Shown here: piece by piece, positions 1 to 11,992 of the stretch | How the letters are laid out: every line of letters starts with the position of its first letter | How positions within the stretch are numbered: the first letter of the stretch is position 1 | DNA from: an uncultured Spirochaetota bacterium | Lineage (GTDB): Bacteria > Spirochaetota > Spirochaetia > SZUA-6 > CAVTHK01 | Assembly (NCBI GenBank): GCA_963734495.1 | Contig: CAVTHK010000003.1 | Coordinates: forward strand, 224,001-288,000 | Direction: 5' to 3' | Length of the DNA stretch: 64,000 bases | Position numbers and translations under genes: made by a program | Notes under the pieces: model-generated | Told to the model about the DNA's origin: nothing | Database searches by the model: none | Seen by the model: the letters and a program-made list of their open reading frames with translations, nothing else

Positions 1-1457
1 TGAGCTTGAGGGCGCCCTCCATCGCGACCGGGTAGTTGATGCCGCGGCCGAGGAACAGGAAATTGGGGTGCCGCGCGTACTTTTCCGCGAGCGCGCGGAT
101 CTCGTCGCTGCGCTCGAGGATCTGGGCGACCTTGGCCGGGACCGCTTCGAGGTCCTGCAAAAAGAGCGTCGCCTCCTCGTGCGACATGTCGCGCATCCGC
201 GCCATCAGCAGCGTGAACAGGTAGAAGACCGTGATCTGCGAGGTGAAGGCCTTGGTCGACGCCACGGCGATCTCGGGGCCGGAGTGGATGTAGACGCCGC
301 CGTCCGAGGCCCTGGGGATGGAGGAGCCGACCACGTTGCAGATTCCGAGCACGCGGGCGCCCTTGCGCTGCAGCTCCCTCATCGCGTAGAGCGTGTCGGC
401 GGTCTCCCCCGACTGCGACACGGCGAAATACAGGGTGTTGCGCTCGACGATCGGGTTGCGGTAGCGGATCTCGGACGCCAGCTCGGCGCTGGACGGGATG
501 CGCGCCACCGACTCCAGCAGGTGCGCCCCCACCATGCCGGCGTAGAACGAGGTGCCGGCGGCGATGATCTTGACCCGCTCGATGTTGATGAGGTCGCGGG
601 TGGTCATGTTGAGGCCGCCGAGCACGGCGGTGGCCAGCTCGCGGTTGATGCGGCCGGTGTACGCCCGCCTGATCGACTCCGGCTGCTCGAAGATCTCCTT
701 TTCCATAAAGGTGGGGCGGTCGCCCTTCTCGATCTCCTCCAGCTCCCACGAAACCTTCTGCACCTCGCGGCTCACCTTGCGCTGGTGGGCGTCGGTCGTC
801 CTGTGGCTCGACGGCGTGAGGGAGCAGATCTCCCCGTCCTCCAGGTAGATCACCTGCTGGGTGTGGGCGATCATCGCCGTCACGTCCGAGGCGATCAGCA
901 TCTCGCGGTCGCCGATGCCCATGACGAGGGGCGAGCCGTTGCGCGCGCCGACGATGCGGTCCGGCTCGTCGGCGTGCACGACCACGATGCCGTAGGTGCC
1001 CCGCAGCAGGGCGAGGGCCTCGCGCACGGCCTCCTCGAGGTCGCCCTTGTAGTACTTGGCCACGAGGTGGGCGATGACCTCGGTGTCGGTCTCGGTCTTG
1101 AACACGAAGCCTTCGGCCTGCAGGCGCTCCTTGAGGACCGCGAAGTTCTCGATGATGCCGTTGTGGGCGAGCGCGATCCGTGCCGCTCGCGTCGGTGTGC
1201 GGGTGCGCGTTGGTGTCGTTGACCTCGCCGTGGGTGGCCCAGCGCGTGTGCCCGATGCCGCAGTGGCCCGCGAGCTCCGGCGGGATGAAGCGCTGGAGGT
1301 TGCGGATCTTGCCCTCTTTCTTGACGACCGCCAGGCCGTCGGCCGTGCCGACGCAGACGCCCGCCGAGTCGTACCCGCGGTACTCGAGGCGCTTCAGGCC
1401 GTCGATCAGGACCTGGGTCGCGTTCTTGGGCCCGCAGTAGCCGATGATCCCGCACAT
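1..1457 (-). CDS. glmS: Glutamine--fructose-6-phosphate aminotransferase (3' end outside window; apparent indel near 1180)
   Basis: Starts [24 protein letters not shown]; contains GHTRWATHG, then in the shifted frame HNGIIEN and TDTEVIAHL; later SQSGETADT and [11 protein letters not shown]. Confidence 0.95.
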   Translation of the reverse strand, partial: MCGIIGYCGPKNATQVLIDGLKRLEYRGYDSAGVCVGTADGLAVVKKEGKIRNLQRFIPPELAGHCGIGHTRWATHGEVNDTNAHPHTDASGTDRARPQRHHRELRGPQGAPAGRRLRVQDRDRHRGHRPPRGQVLQGRPRGGRARGPRPAAGHLRHRGRARRRAGPHRRRAQRLAPRHGHRRPRDADRLGRDGDDRPHPAGDLPGGRGDLLPHAVEPQDDRRPPAQGEPRGAEGFVGAGGDREGRPPHLYGKGDLRAAGVDQAGVHRPHQPRAGHRRARRPQHDHPRPHQHRAGQDHRRRHLVLRRHGGGAPAGVGGAHPVQRRAGVRDPLPQPDRRAQHPVFRRVAVGGDRRHALRDEGAAAQGRPRARNLQRGRLLHPQGLGRRRLHPLRPRDRRGVDQGLHLADHGLLPVHAADGADARHVARGGDALFAGPRSGPGQGRPDPRAQRRDPRARGKVRAAPQFPVPRPRHQLPGRDGGRPQA

Positions 1458-1525
1458 CGAAATTCTCCTTCGGCGCCGGACTGGCGCTCCGCGCGCCGAC
1501 GGCGCTCCCGCCTGGCGCCCCGGCC

Positions 1526-4179
<2,654 letters not shown>

Positions 4180-4269
4180 CTACTTCTCCTTAGATCCGCA
4201 ACGGGCGCATGTCCGGCCGGCAAGGGCCTCACACCGGACACGAGGATCTGAACATGTTGCGTCGCAGCT

Positions 4270-4298
4270 AAAATATGGAGAATCTCCACCCGCGGCAA
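4270..4298 (-). promoter_or_regulatory. Putative sigma70 promoter of clpB with a palindrome in the spacer
   Basis: TTGCCG-17bp-TATTTT on the minus strand; spacer contains TGGAGA-T-TCTCCA (4276-4288). Confidence 0.5.
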
Positions 4299-4399
4299 AC
4301 AGCGCGGAGCGTCGCATCCGGTCTCGTACGCCGGTCCCGGCGCGCACGGGACGAGCACTGGTCGCTTCACCGGGACCCGACGCGCGCGCGAGAAGCTGG

Positions 4400-5837
4400 T
4401 CAGCGGGCGTTCTTCGCCCTTGCGCGCCCGCCGCGGCCCGCGGGCGCGGTCTGCCCGGCTTGCGCGGCCTGGCCCGCCTGCCCCGCCTGGCGGGCTCGCC
4501 CGTCAGGGGTCGTCGCCAGGCACTCGCGGAGCGCGGGTTTCGTCTCCAGGTCCTTCTTGAGCGCCTCGGCCCGCTCCTTGTTGACGTACGCCGGGCTCTG
4601 GAAGCTGTAGGTGAAGTTCGTGTGCACGTCGTAGGTGCCGGCCATGAGCGCGTAGGCGTCCTCGGCCATCACGAGCTCCTCGTCGGTCGGGATGACGAAG
4701 ATCCGGACCGGCGAGTCTTCCGTCGAGATGATCGTCTCCGCGTTGCGGGTCACCGCCGCCTGGTTGCGCCCGGCATCGAGCCGGATCCCGAGGCCGTCGA
4801 GCCCTTCCAGGGAGCCCCCGCGGATGGCAGGGCTCATCTCGCCGACGCCGGCGGTGAACACGATCGCGTCGACCCGGCCGAGCGCGGCGTAGTAGGAGCC
4901 GATGTACTTTCGGATCCGGTACGCCTCGATCTCGATCGCCAGCGGCCGCGAGCTTGTCGGTCTCGCGCGCCTTCATCACGTCGCGGCGGTCGGTGTACTT
5001 CTCCGTGATGCCGCGGATCCCGCTCATCTTGTTGAGCGTCCCCTCGAGGATGTCCGGGGCCACGCCTTCCTTGCGCATGATGTAGAAGTCGATCGCCGGG
5101 TCGTGGTCGCCCGCGCGCGTGCCCATCACGAGCCCCTCGAGCGGCGTCATGCCCATGGACGTGTCGTAGGAGCAGCCGTTCATGACCGCGTTGGCGCTCG
5201 CCCCGTTGCCGATGTGCATGCAGATCAGGTTGCAGTCGAACGGGCTCTTGCCGAGCAGGACCGCGGCCCTCTTGGCCACGTAGAGGAACGAGGTGCCGTG
5301 GAACCCGTAGCGCCGCACCCCGTACTCCCGGTACCACTTGTAGGGCAGGGCGTAGATGTAGGCCTTGGCCGGCATGGTCTGGTGCCACGCGGTGTCGAGG
5401 CTCACCGTGTGCGGGACGCGGGGCAGGACCTCGCGGGCGGCCTCGATGCCCATGATGTTGGCGGGGTTGTGCAGCGGGCTCAAGTCCGCGACGTCGCGGA
5501 AGATCCGCAGCGCCGCGTCGTCGACCACGATGCTCTTGGCGATCTTCTCGCCGCCGTGCACCAGCCGGTGGCCGACCGCCTTGATGTCGTTGATGTCGGT
5601 GAGGGCGCCGATCTTCGGGTCGAGCAGCGTGCGGATGATCAGGTCGATGGCTACGCGGTGGTTGGGGCAATCGTGCTCGATCGTCACGGTCTCGCGCCCC
5701 TTGGCGTAGTGGCTGATAAAGGAGCCGCCGACGGTCACGCGCTCCACGATTCCGCGGGCCCGCACTTCCTTGTTGTCCCAGTCGTAGAGCTGGTACTTGA
5801 CCGAAGAGCTGCCGCAGTTGAGCGTGAGTATGTCCAC
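4400..5837 (-). CDS. ackA: Acetate kinase (indel near 4945)
   Basis: GTG start after [59 protein letters not shown]. Confidence 0.95.
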
Positions 5838-5904
5838 CGGTCGTCCTCCGAAGCTGTCCCAACTGGCGAGAGGCCGCGATCTCGAGCCGTGAGCTTTGCG
5901 TCCG

Positions 5905-5933
5905 ATCTTAGGGAGCCCCCTCCGCTTTGTCAA
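5905..5933 (-). promoter_or_regulatory. Sigma70 promoter of ackA
   Basis: TTGACA-17bp-TAAGAT on the minus strand. Confidence 0.7.
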
Positions 5934-6041
5934 CGTGACGGCGGCGGCCGGCGGGCCACGTTCGTAAGCGAATGTAAGAACAGGTTGAAGGAAGGCGCCC
6001 GCGGCCTGCCGGGGCGGCACGCGGCTTGCTTTCCGCACGCC

Positions 6042-7356
6042 ATGGTGCGCGCGCTTGCTCGCGGCGCTCCTCCCGCTCGCCGCGGCCGGAGCGCAGCAGC
6101 TCACGCTCGAAAGCTGCGTCGAAGGGGCGGGAGGCCGGCGGGCGCGCGTGGAGCTGGAGGAGCCCGAGCGGCTGCGGGTCTTCGCCCTCGCCGACTACGA
6201 GGATGACGCGCTCGCGCGCGCGGCTGCCGGCGTCTCCACGCCGTGGCTCGTCGCGGGCCCGCTCGCGCCCGCCGGCCTCCTTCGGCTGATCGAGGCGCCG
6301 TTCGCGTGCGGGCCTGCGGCCGACGTGCACGACGAGGCCACGGGGCTGCTGCTCGACGGCTCCTTCGACGGGAGCTCCCGCAGCGGCGCGATCGCGTGGC
6401 CGGCGCCGGGCTCCCTCGGCGTGGGGGCGTGGGGCCGCGACGGCCGCCTGACCGCCGTGCTCGCGGCAGCGGGCCGCCCGCTGCCGCCCCTGCAGTGGGA
6501 GGCCGCCCTGGCCCGCTCGGCGCCCCCGGCCGACGCGGCCGGCGAAGACTGGTACTACGGGTACGCGCCCTGGCGGGGCGGGGCGCTTTCGCATGCGGCG
6601 GCTCGCCTGCGCGCGGACGCGGGCGCGCTCGCCGTCTCCGCGGCGGCCGCCGCGAGCATCGCCGAGCGGGCCGCGCCGGGGGCCTGGCTGCTGGCGCGCC
6701 TGGAGGCGTGCGGCCCGCAGGTCCGCGCAGATGCTCTCCTCGGCCTCTCGAACGGCGCCTACCGCGACACGGGCGGCGGGCTCGAGCGCACGCTGCGGCA
6801 CGCGGCCCTGCGGGTCGAGGCGCGCTCCGCCGCTGCCCGCCTCTCGGCCGAGGCACGCGGGAGCCGCGGCCTCGAGGCCTTCGGCGGCGAGGCGCCCTGG
6901 GAGCTGGCCGGCGGCGCGACCGCTGCCGTGGGCCGCGCGAAGCCGGCGCTCTCGCTCGAGGCGTCGGCTGCATGGAAGCGCCGGCGCGACGCCGCCGGCG
7001 AAGAGCTGTCTTCGGCGTCCTTCGATGCGTCCGCCGCAGCCGAAGCCGGCGCCTTTTCGGCGGAAGCCTCCGCCGCGAGCGGCGGGCGCATCGCCGTTTC
7101 GGGCCGCTGGAAGGGCCGCGGGACCGAGGTCTCGCTCGAAGGCTGCTGGAAGCGGAGCGCGCTCGACGCGGTCGAGGCGGCGTGGCGAGCAGGAGCCGAC
7201 GCCGCGCGCCTGGAGATCGCCGCCGGATGGCTCGCGGGCCCGCCGGCGCGCTGGCTGTTGTCGATCCGGTGGCGCAGAAACCTCGGGCGCCGGGAGCCTC
7301 AGCGGCCGTCCCAGTCGCCCACGAGAAGCACCTCGCGCTCGAGCTCGAAGCCGTAG
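6042..7356 (+). CDS. Hypothetical exported Ala/Gly-rich protein, possibly an outer-membrane beta-barrel (start and end uncertain; ATG 6042 is out of frame with the 6055 ORF)
   Basis: Signal-peptide-like LLAALLPLAAAGAQQ; long ORF 6055-7356 with amphipathic strand-like segments and many Trp. Confidence 0.55.
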
Positions 7357-8222
7357 GTTTCCTTCACCTTTATCTCTATCTCCCGCGCGAGGGCGTCGAC
7401 CTCGGCCGCGGTGGCGCGGCCGGCGTTCACGATGATGTTGGCGTGCAGCTCCGAGACCATGGCGCCGCCGATCCTCCTGCCGCGGAAGCCGAGGGAGTCG
7501 ATCAGCCTGCCCGACGGCATCCCGAAGGCGCGGTTGTTCTTGAACATGCTTCCGGCGCAGGGGTGGATAAAGTGGCCCTTGCGCTCGCGGTCGGCGCGGA
7601 TCTCGCTCATGCGCGCGCGCAGGGCTTCCGGCGACGCTCCCGGCTGCAGGCCGAAGGTCGCGCCCAGGATCACGCCTTCGCGCCCCTGGAAGGGCGAGCG
7701 CTTGTAGGAGTAGTCGCCTTGGCCGCGCGGCACGCGCTCGACCTCGAGCGAGTCGTTGAGCAGGTCCACGGACTCGAGGCAGTCGGACACCGAGCGCTCG
7801 TAGCAGCGCGCGTTCATCCAGACCGAGCCCCCCACCTGGCCGGGCATGGCGAAAAAGCCCTCCAGCCCCGCGAGCCCCGCGCCGGAGGTCTCGGCCGCGA
7901 GGTCGCTCATCGCGACGCCCGCCCCGGCGGCGACGCGGTTGCCCTCGATGCGGATGCCCACGAGCCGGCCCAGGTCGACCACGACGCCGCGGATACCGCG
8001 GTCGGAGACGAGAATGTTGGCGCCGGCGCCCAGGACAAAGCGCGGGAGGCCCTCGTCGTGGGCGATGCGACAGACGGTCTGCAACTGCTCCAGGTCGCCC
8101 GGCGCGACGTACAGGTCCGCGGGGCCGCCGATCGCGAACCACGTGTGCCGATCCATCGGCTCGGCGAGCCTGGGGGAGGCTGCCGGGTTGATATTCCGGG
8201 CGATCTGGCGTAGCCTGTGCAC
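7299..8222 (-). CDS. murB: UDP-N-acetylenolpyruvoylglucosamine reductase
   Basis: HTWFAIGGPAD, LGAGANILVSD, MPGQVGGSVWMNA, PCAGSMFKN, HANIIVN, LEREV. Confidence 0.95.
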   Translation of the reverse strand: MHRLRQIARNINPAASPRLAEPMDRHTWFAIGGPADLYVAPGDLEQLQTVCRIAHDEGLPRFVLGAGANILVSDRGIRGVVVDLGRLVGIRIEGNRVAAGAGVAMSDLAAETSGAGLAGLEGFFAMPGQVGGSVWMNARCYERSVSDCLESVDLLNDSLEVERVPRGQGDYSYKRSPFQGREGVILGATFGLQPGASPEALRARMSEIRADRERKGHFIHPCAGSMFKNNRAFGMPSGRLIDSLGFRGRRIGGAMVSELHANIIVNAGRATAAEVDALAREIEIKVKETYGFELEREVLLVGDWDGR

Positions 8223-8402
8223 GGTCGTATCATAACCTTTCCCGTCGCCCCATGTCCCGGCGCAGGGCGCGGCTCGAATGCGGGCCCGCCCGGAGGCGCA
8301 CGGGGGCTCCCCCGGAGGCGGCGGCGTCAGGACCGACAACCTTACGGCGTTCGCCGGCGACGCTGATTCTCTGTAACGGAAGGACCCTTCTGGTTGTTTT
8401 AT

Positions 8403-8924
8403 ATGGCACGGGACAACGGACTCGAAGAACGATTCCGCGCCTCCTACCAGCAGCTTTTTCCCCTGGTCTACAGGCTTGCGGTCCGGATCACGGGGGATAG
8501 CGACCGCGCGGAGGATCTCGCGCACGACGCGTTTCTCCGCCTGTACCAGCGGGGCGGAGCGCTGCCGGATGCGGACCAGACCAAGTACTGGCTGATCCGG
8601 GTGGTAAAAAACCTCTCGTACAACCACGAGAAGCGCAAGACGCGGGAGAGGCGGGCGCTCGAGCGGCTGGGGCGCGCGGAGCCGCAGCTCGAGCCTTCGA
8701 ACGAGGATCTTTTTCTCCGCGAGGAGGACCAGAGGCTCGTGCGCGAGCTGCTTGCGGCGCTGCCCCTGAACCTGAGGATGCCCCTGGTGCTCAAGGAGTA
8801 CGAAGGATTGACCTACCGGGAGATCGGGAAGATACTGAACATAAGCGAAGGAAACGTCAAAGTGCGGGTCTTTCGCGGGAGAGAGAAGCTTGCCCAACTA
8901 CTCGAGAAGCGGTCAGCGAATTGA
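8403..8924 (+). CDS. ECF-family RNA polymerase sigma factor
   Basis: Region 2 AEDLAHDAFLR..WLIRVVKN; region 4 LTYREIGKILNISEGNVKVRVFRGREKL. Confidence 0.92.
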   Translation: MARDNGLEERFRASYQQLFPLVYRLAVRITGDSDRAEDLAHDAFLRLYQRGGALPDADQTKYWLIRVVKNLSYNHEKRKTRERRALERLGRAEPQLEPSNEDLFLREEDQRLVRELLAALPLNLRMPLVLKEYEGLTYREIGKILNISEGNVKVRVFRGREKLAQLLEKRSAN

Positions 8925-8934
8925 CCGGAGGCTG

Positions 8935-9470
8935 ATGGCAGCCTATCTCGACGGGCTCCTCGACGCGGCGGCCGCGGCGAGGGTGACATCGCTCGTGGAG
9001 AGCGATCCCGCCTGGGCCGCGGAGTACCAGCGCCAGAAGAGGGTCGGGGAGATGCTCGCGGCGACCGCACCGGTCGCGGTCCAGGGCGCAAGTCGAGCGC
9101 GTCGTGGAGCCGGCTGAGCGCGTCGCTCGCCTCCGCTGCCCCCGAGCCGCTGTGGCGCCGCAAGGTGGCGGTTCCGTTCCCCGCGGCCGTGGGGGCCGCG
9201 GCCCTCGTCCTGCTGCTGGCCTTCGGGCTCGTCTACACGACGGCCCGCGGCTCCGTCGGCATGATGCGCATCACGACCGTGCCGAGCGGCATCAAGCAGG
9301 TGCAGATCCAGGCCCCCCTCGCGGACCTCCAGCAGCTCCTCAAGAGCCTCGAAACAGGCGCGCCGAGCCGCGACGTCATCATCAGCCTGCCGGACGACTC
9401 GGAGAAGTTCTTCGTCGGAGAGCCGCTGCTTCTGCGGGCCACCGACGTCGATCGGAGCCGCTTCCGATGA
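8935..9470 (+). CDS. Membrane-anchored anti-sigma factor (indel near 9095-9105)
   Basis: AYLDGLLD N-terminal anti-sigma-like domain directly after the ECF sigma; TM segment PFPAAVGAAALVLLLAFGLVY in the second frame. Confidence 0.75.
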
Positions 9471-10024
9471 ACGCGTTCGCCGGCGCCGCCTTCGCGCTGC
9501 TGGTGGCCTCGTCCGCGGCGGCCCAGCAGGGGACGGGCGCAAAGCCGCCCGCCGCCCCGCCCCCGGCCGGCCCGCCCGCTGCCACCACGCTCGAGGAGGC
9601 GCTCAAGGAGCTCTTCGACCAGGCCCTGCGCATCAACATCGTGGCGCGGGTGATGCCGGCCGGCGAGCAGCCCGTCGTCAACGTGGAGCGCTCGCAGCTC
9701 ACGCTGCCCGGCCACTCGGTGGCCGTCCGTTTCGAGGGCAGCAACATCCGCGTGACCGCCAACCTCACGCCCTACCTGCAGAACGACGGGAAGCTCATGC
9801 TGGTGGCCCAGGGCGAAGTCTGGGTGGCTGAGCCGACCTCGACCGCCGGGGCGGTCCGCTACCTCAGCTCCATCAAGAGCCTGCCGGTGTCGCTCGGGGA
9901 AAAGGTGTTCTTCTACCCCCTCGGAATCCCGGACGCCATCCAGGGCACCAACAAGTTCAACATCGCTCTCGAGATCCAGGTCGTGCCCGTGGACCAGCCG
10001 CCTCCCCAGCCGCCCCCGCGCTGA
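9467..10024 (+). CDS. Exported hypothetical protein of the ECF operon
   Basis: ATGA overlap with the anti-sigma stop; signal peptide MNAFAGAAFALLVASSAAAQ; beta-rich mature region. Confidence 0.8.
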   Translation: MNAFAGAAFALLVASSAAAQQGTGAKPPAAPPPAGPPAATTLEEALKELFDQALRINIVARVMPAGEQPVVNVERSQLTLPGHSVAVRFEGSNIRVTANLTPYLQNDGKLMLVAQGEVWVAEPTSTAGAVRYLSSIKSLPVSLGEKVFFYPLGIPDAIQGTNKFNIALEIQVVPVDQPPPQPPPR

Positions 10025-10027
10025 TCC

Positions 10028-11698
10028 ATGGACGAGACAGTCCCTTCGAAGCCGCCGTTCGACTTCCGGCGCAGCCTTCCGTACCTGATCCTGTTCACGC
10101 TCCTGCTCGCGCTCTTCCTGAGCTCGGCGCTCTCCCAGAGGCCGCCCGAAGTCCGTTCGATCGCGCCCGACGACGCCCGGCCCGGCGAGGAGCTGGTCAT
10201 CAAGGGGCGTTTTTTCGGCCGCGAGCGCGACGGCGCCCGCGTGAGCGTCAACGGGTATTCGCCGCCCTCGTCGGCCTACCTCTCGTGGACGGACCGCCGG
10301 ATCAGCGTGCTCGTCCCGGAGGAGATGCCCGCGGGCCTGCTCGCGGTCGTCACGAAGAACGGCGAGAGCCGCGAGGTGGTCCCGTTTACGAACGAGGCCT
10401 ACGTGCCGCAGCTCGCCTCGGGGCCGCTGGTCCCCGGCCAGCCGTACATCAGCGGCTTCGAGCCCAAGAGCGGCCCTCCCGGCACTCCCGTCACGATCAC
10501 GGGCATCAACTTCGGGCTCGACCGCGGCTCCGCGCGGGTGGAGTTCGCCTGGATCCCCGGCGACCGGACGCGGAACCTGCCCGACGTGGCGGGCTCCGAC
10601 ATGCTGCCGGCCCTCGAGTACAACCAGGACTACATCTCGTGGGAGGACCGCGAGATCCAGGTCCGCGTGCCGGACGGCGCCTCCTCCGGCAGCCTGCGGG
10701 TGGTCACCGACAAGGGCGAGAGCAACTCGGTCTACTTCGAGGTGCAGGACATCGTCGGCACCAAGCTCTTTACCAACAAGCGCATCTACCACGTGCAGTA
10801 CGGGGTGGAGGTCGCCGATGTGGCCACCTCGGGCACGCCGGGGCGGCTGCGGGTGTGGGTGCCGCGGCTCGTGCAGGGGCCGTCCCAGCGCGAGGTGCGC
10901 ATGATCGCCCGGGAGCCCGAGCCTCTCTTTGACAACTACGAAGGCTTTACGCTCTTCGCGTTCGACGACATCGGCAGGGGCGACCGCAGGCAGATCAGCC
11001 AGAGCTTCATGCTGTCCGCCTACGAAGTGGAGACGAGGGTCAACGCCGCGCGCGTCCCGACGGCCTACGACGCCTCCAGCCGCCTCTACCAGCGGTTCAC
11101 GGCCTCGGACCCGATCACGCCCTCCGAGGACGCGGGCCTCGTCAAGACCGCGCGCTCGATCGTCGGCCAGGAGACCAACCCGTACCTCAAGGCGCTCGCC
11201 GTCTACAACGCCGTGGTGGGCTTTCTCGGCTACGACCCGAAGGCGACGGACGTCCTGGAGTCCCTCAAGACGCGCAAGGGCGACGCCTCGGTCTACTCCC
11301 TGCTGTTCACCGCGCTGCTGCGGGCCGCCGGAGTGCCGGCGAGGCCGGTGGCCGGTTACGTCGTGGGGTCCGACGGCAAGGCCGTCAGGCACATGTGGGC
11401 CGAGTTCTACCTGGAGCAGCTCGGCTGGGTGCCCGTAGACCCGGCGCTCGCCGACGGGCTCAAGTTCGGCGACTTCCCGCGGGTGCTCAACCCCGCGTCC
11501 TACTATTTCGGAAACATGGACAATCAGCACATCATCTTTTCGCGCGGTCTCGCCGTGCTCAAGCCCATGGATCCGAGGGCCTCGGTCGTGACGCGCCGCG
11601 ACGCGCCGGGGCTCCAGACGATCCACGAGGAGTACTCGGGCGGGATCACGGGGTACACGGCGCGGTGGACGGAGCTCGAGGTGCTCGGGATCTACTGA
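10028..11698 (+). CDS. Membrane-anchored protein with two IPT/TIG domains and a transglutaminase-like domain (catalytic Cys replaced by Ala)
   Basis: N-terminal TM; IPT repeats PEVRSIAP..GEELVIKGRFFG..SWTDRRISVLVP and PYISGFEPKSGPPGTPVTITGINFG..SWEDREIQVRVP; TGase-like GDASVYSLLFTALLRAAGVPAR..HMWAEFY..GWVPVDP. Confidence 0.88.
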   Translation: MDETVPSKPPFDFRRSLPYLILFTLLLALFLSSALSQRPPEVRSIAPDDARPGEELVIKGRFFGRERDGARVSVNGYSPPSSAYLSWTDRRISVLVPEEMPAGLLAVVTKNGESREVVPFTNEAYVPQLASGPLVPGQPYISGFEPKSGPPGTPVTITGINFGLDRGSARVEFAWIPGDRTRNLPDVAGSDMLPALEYNQDYISWEDREIQVRVPDGASSGSLRVVTDKGESNSVYFEVQDIVGTKLFTNKRIYHVQYGVEVADVATSGTPGRLRVWVPRLVQGPSQREVRMIAREPEPLFDNYEGFTLFAFDDIGRGDRRQISQSFMLSAYEVETRVNAARVPTAYDASSRLYQRFTASDPITPSEDAGLVKTARSIVGQETNPYLKALAVYNAVVGFLGYDPKATDVLESLKTRKGDASVYSLLFTALLRAAGVPARPVAGYVVGSDGKAVRHMWAEFYLEQLGWVPVDPALADGLKFGDFPRVLNPASYYFGNMDNQHIIFSRGLAVLKPMDPRASVVTRRDAPGLQTIHEEYSGGITGYTARWTELEVLGIY

Positions 11699-11842
11699 GC
11701 ACAAGGATGTGCTCGCCCGGCGCGTACACGGATGTACAGGCGCCGGGCTGAGCGCCGGGCTGAGTCCATGGATGGACTCGCCCAGGCGCGTACATGCGCC
11801 TTGGCCCGCGTATTCGCCGGGGATGTACAAGCGCCGGGCTGA
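11697..11842 (+). repeat. Tandem two-hairpin repeat with CA-NGGA-TG loops (CsrA-site-like; REP-like element or sRNA)
   Basis: GAGCACA-AGGA-TGTGCTC (11697-11714); GCCCGGCGCGTACA-CGGA-TGTACAGGCGCCGGGC (11715-11748); GAGTCCA-TGGA-TGGACTC (11762-11779); interrupted fourth hairpin ending GGGATGTACAAGCGCCGGGCTGA. Confidence 0.8.
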
Positions 11843-11942
11843 CCCGCGGCCCCGGCGGGCGCCTGCGCCGCCCGAGGCGGCGCTCTCCGGGCGCTCGCGG
11901 GCTGCCGGCGAGCCACGAAAACCTCCGCGAACGCCTTCAAAG

Positions 11943-11971
11943 TTGACACCATCTGAGCCGATTCCTATACT
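11943..11971 (+). promoter_or_regulatory. Near-consensus sigma70 promoter of the Crp-family gene
   Basis: TTGACA-17bp-TATACT. Confidence 0.8.
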
Positions 11972-11992
11972 GTAGCTGCCGCAGTGGGGAAT

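Noticed and set aside
1458-1525. glmS ribozyme
   Set aside because: Only about 68 bp separate clpB and glmS, too short for the ribozyme, and no core motif is visible.
11697-11842. CRISPR array
   Set aside because: The units are adjacent hairpins without unique equal-length spacers, and there are no cas genes in the window. The same applies to 30521-30570 and 57845-57928.
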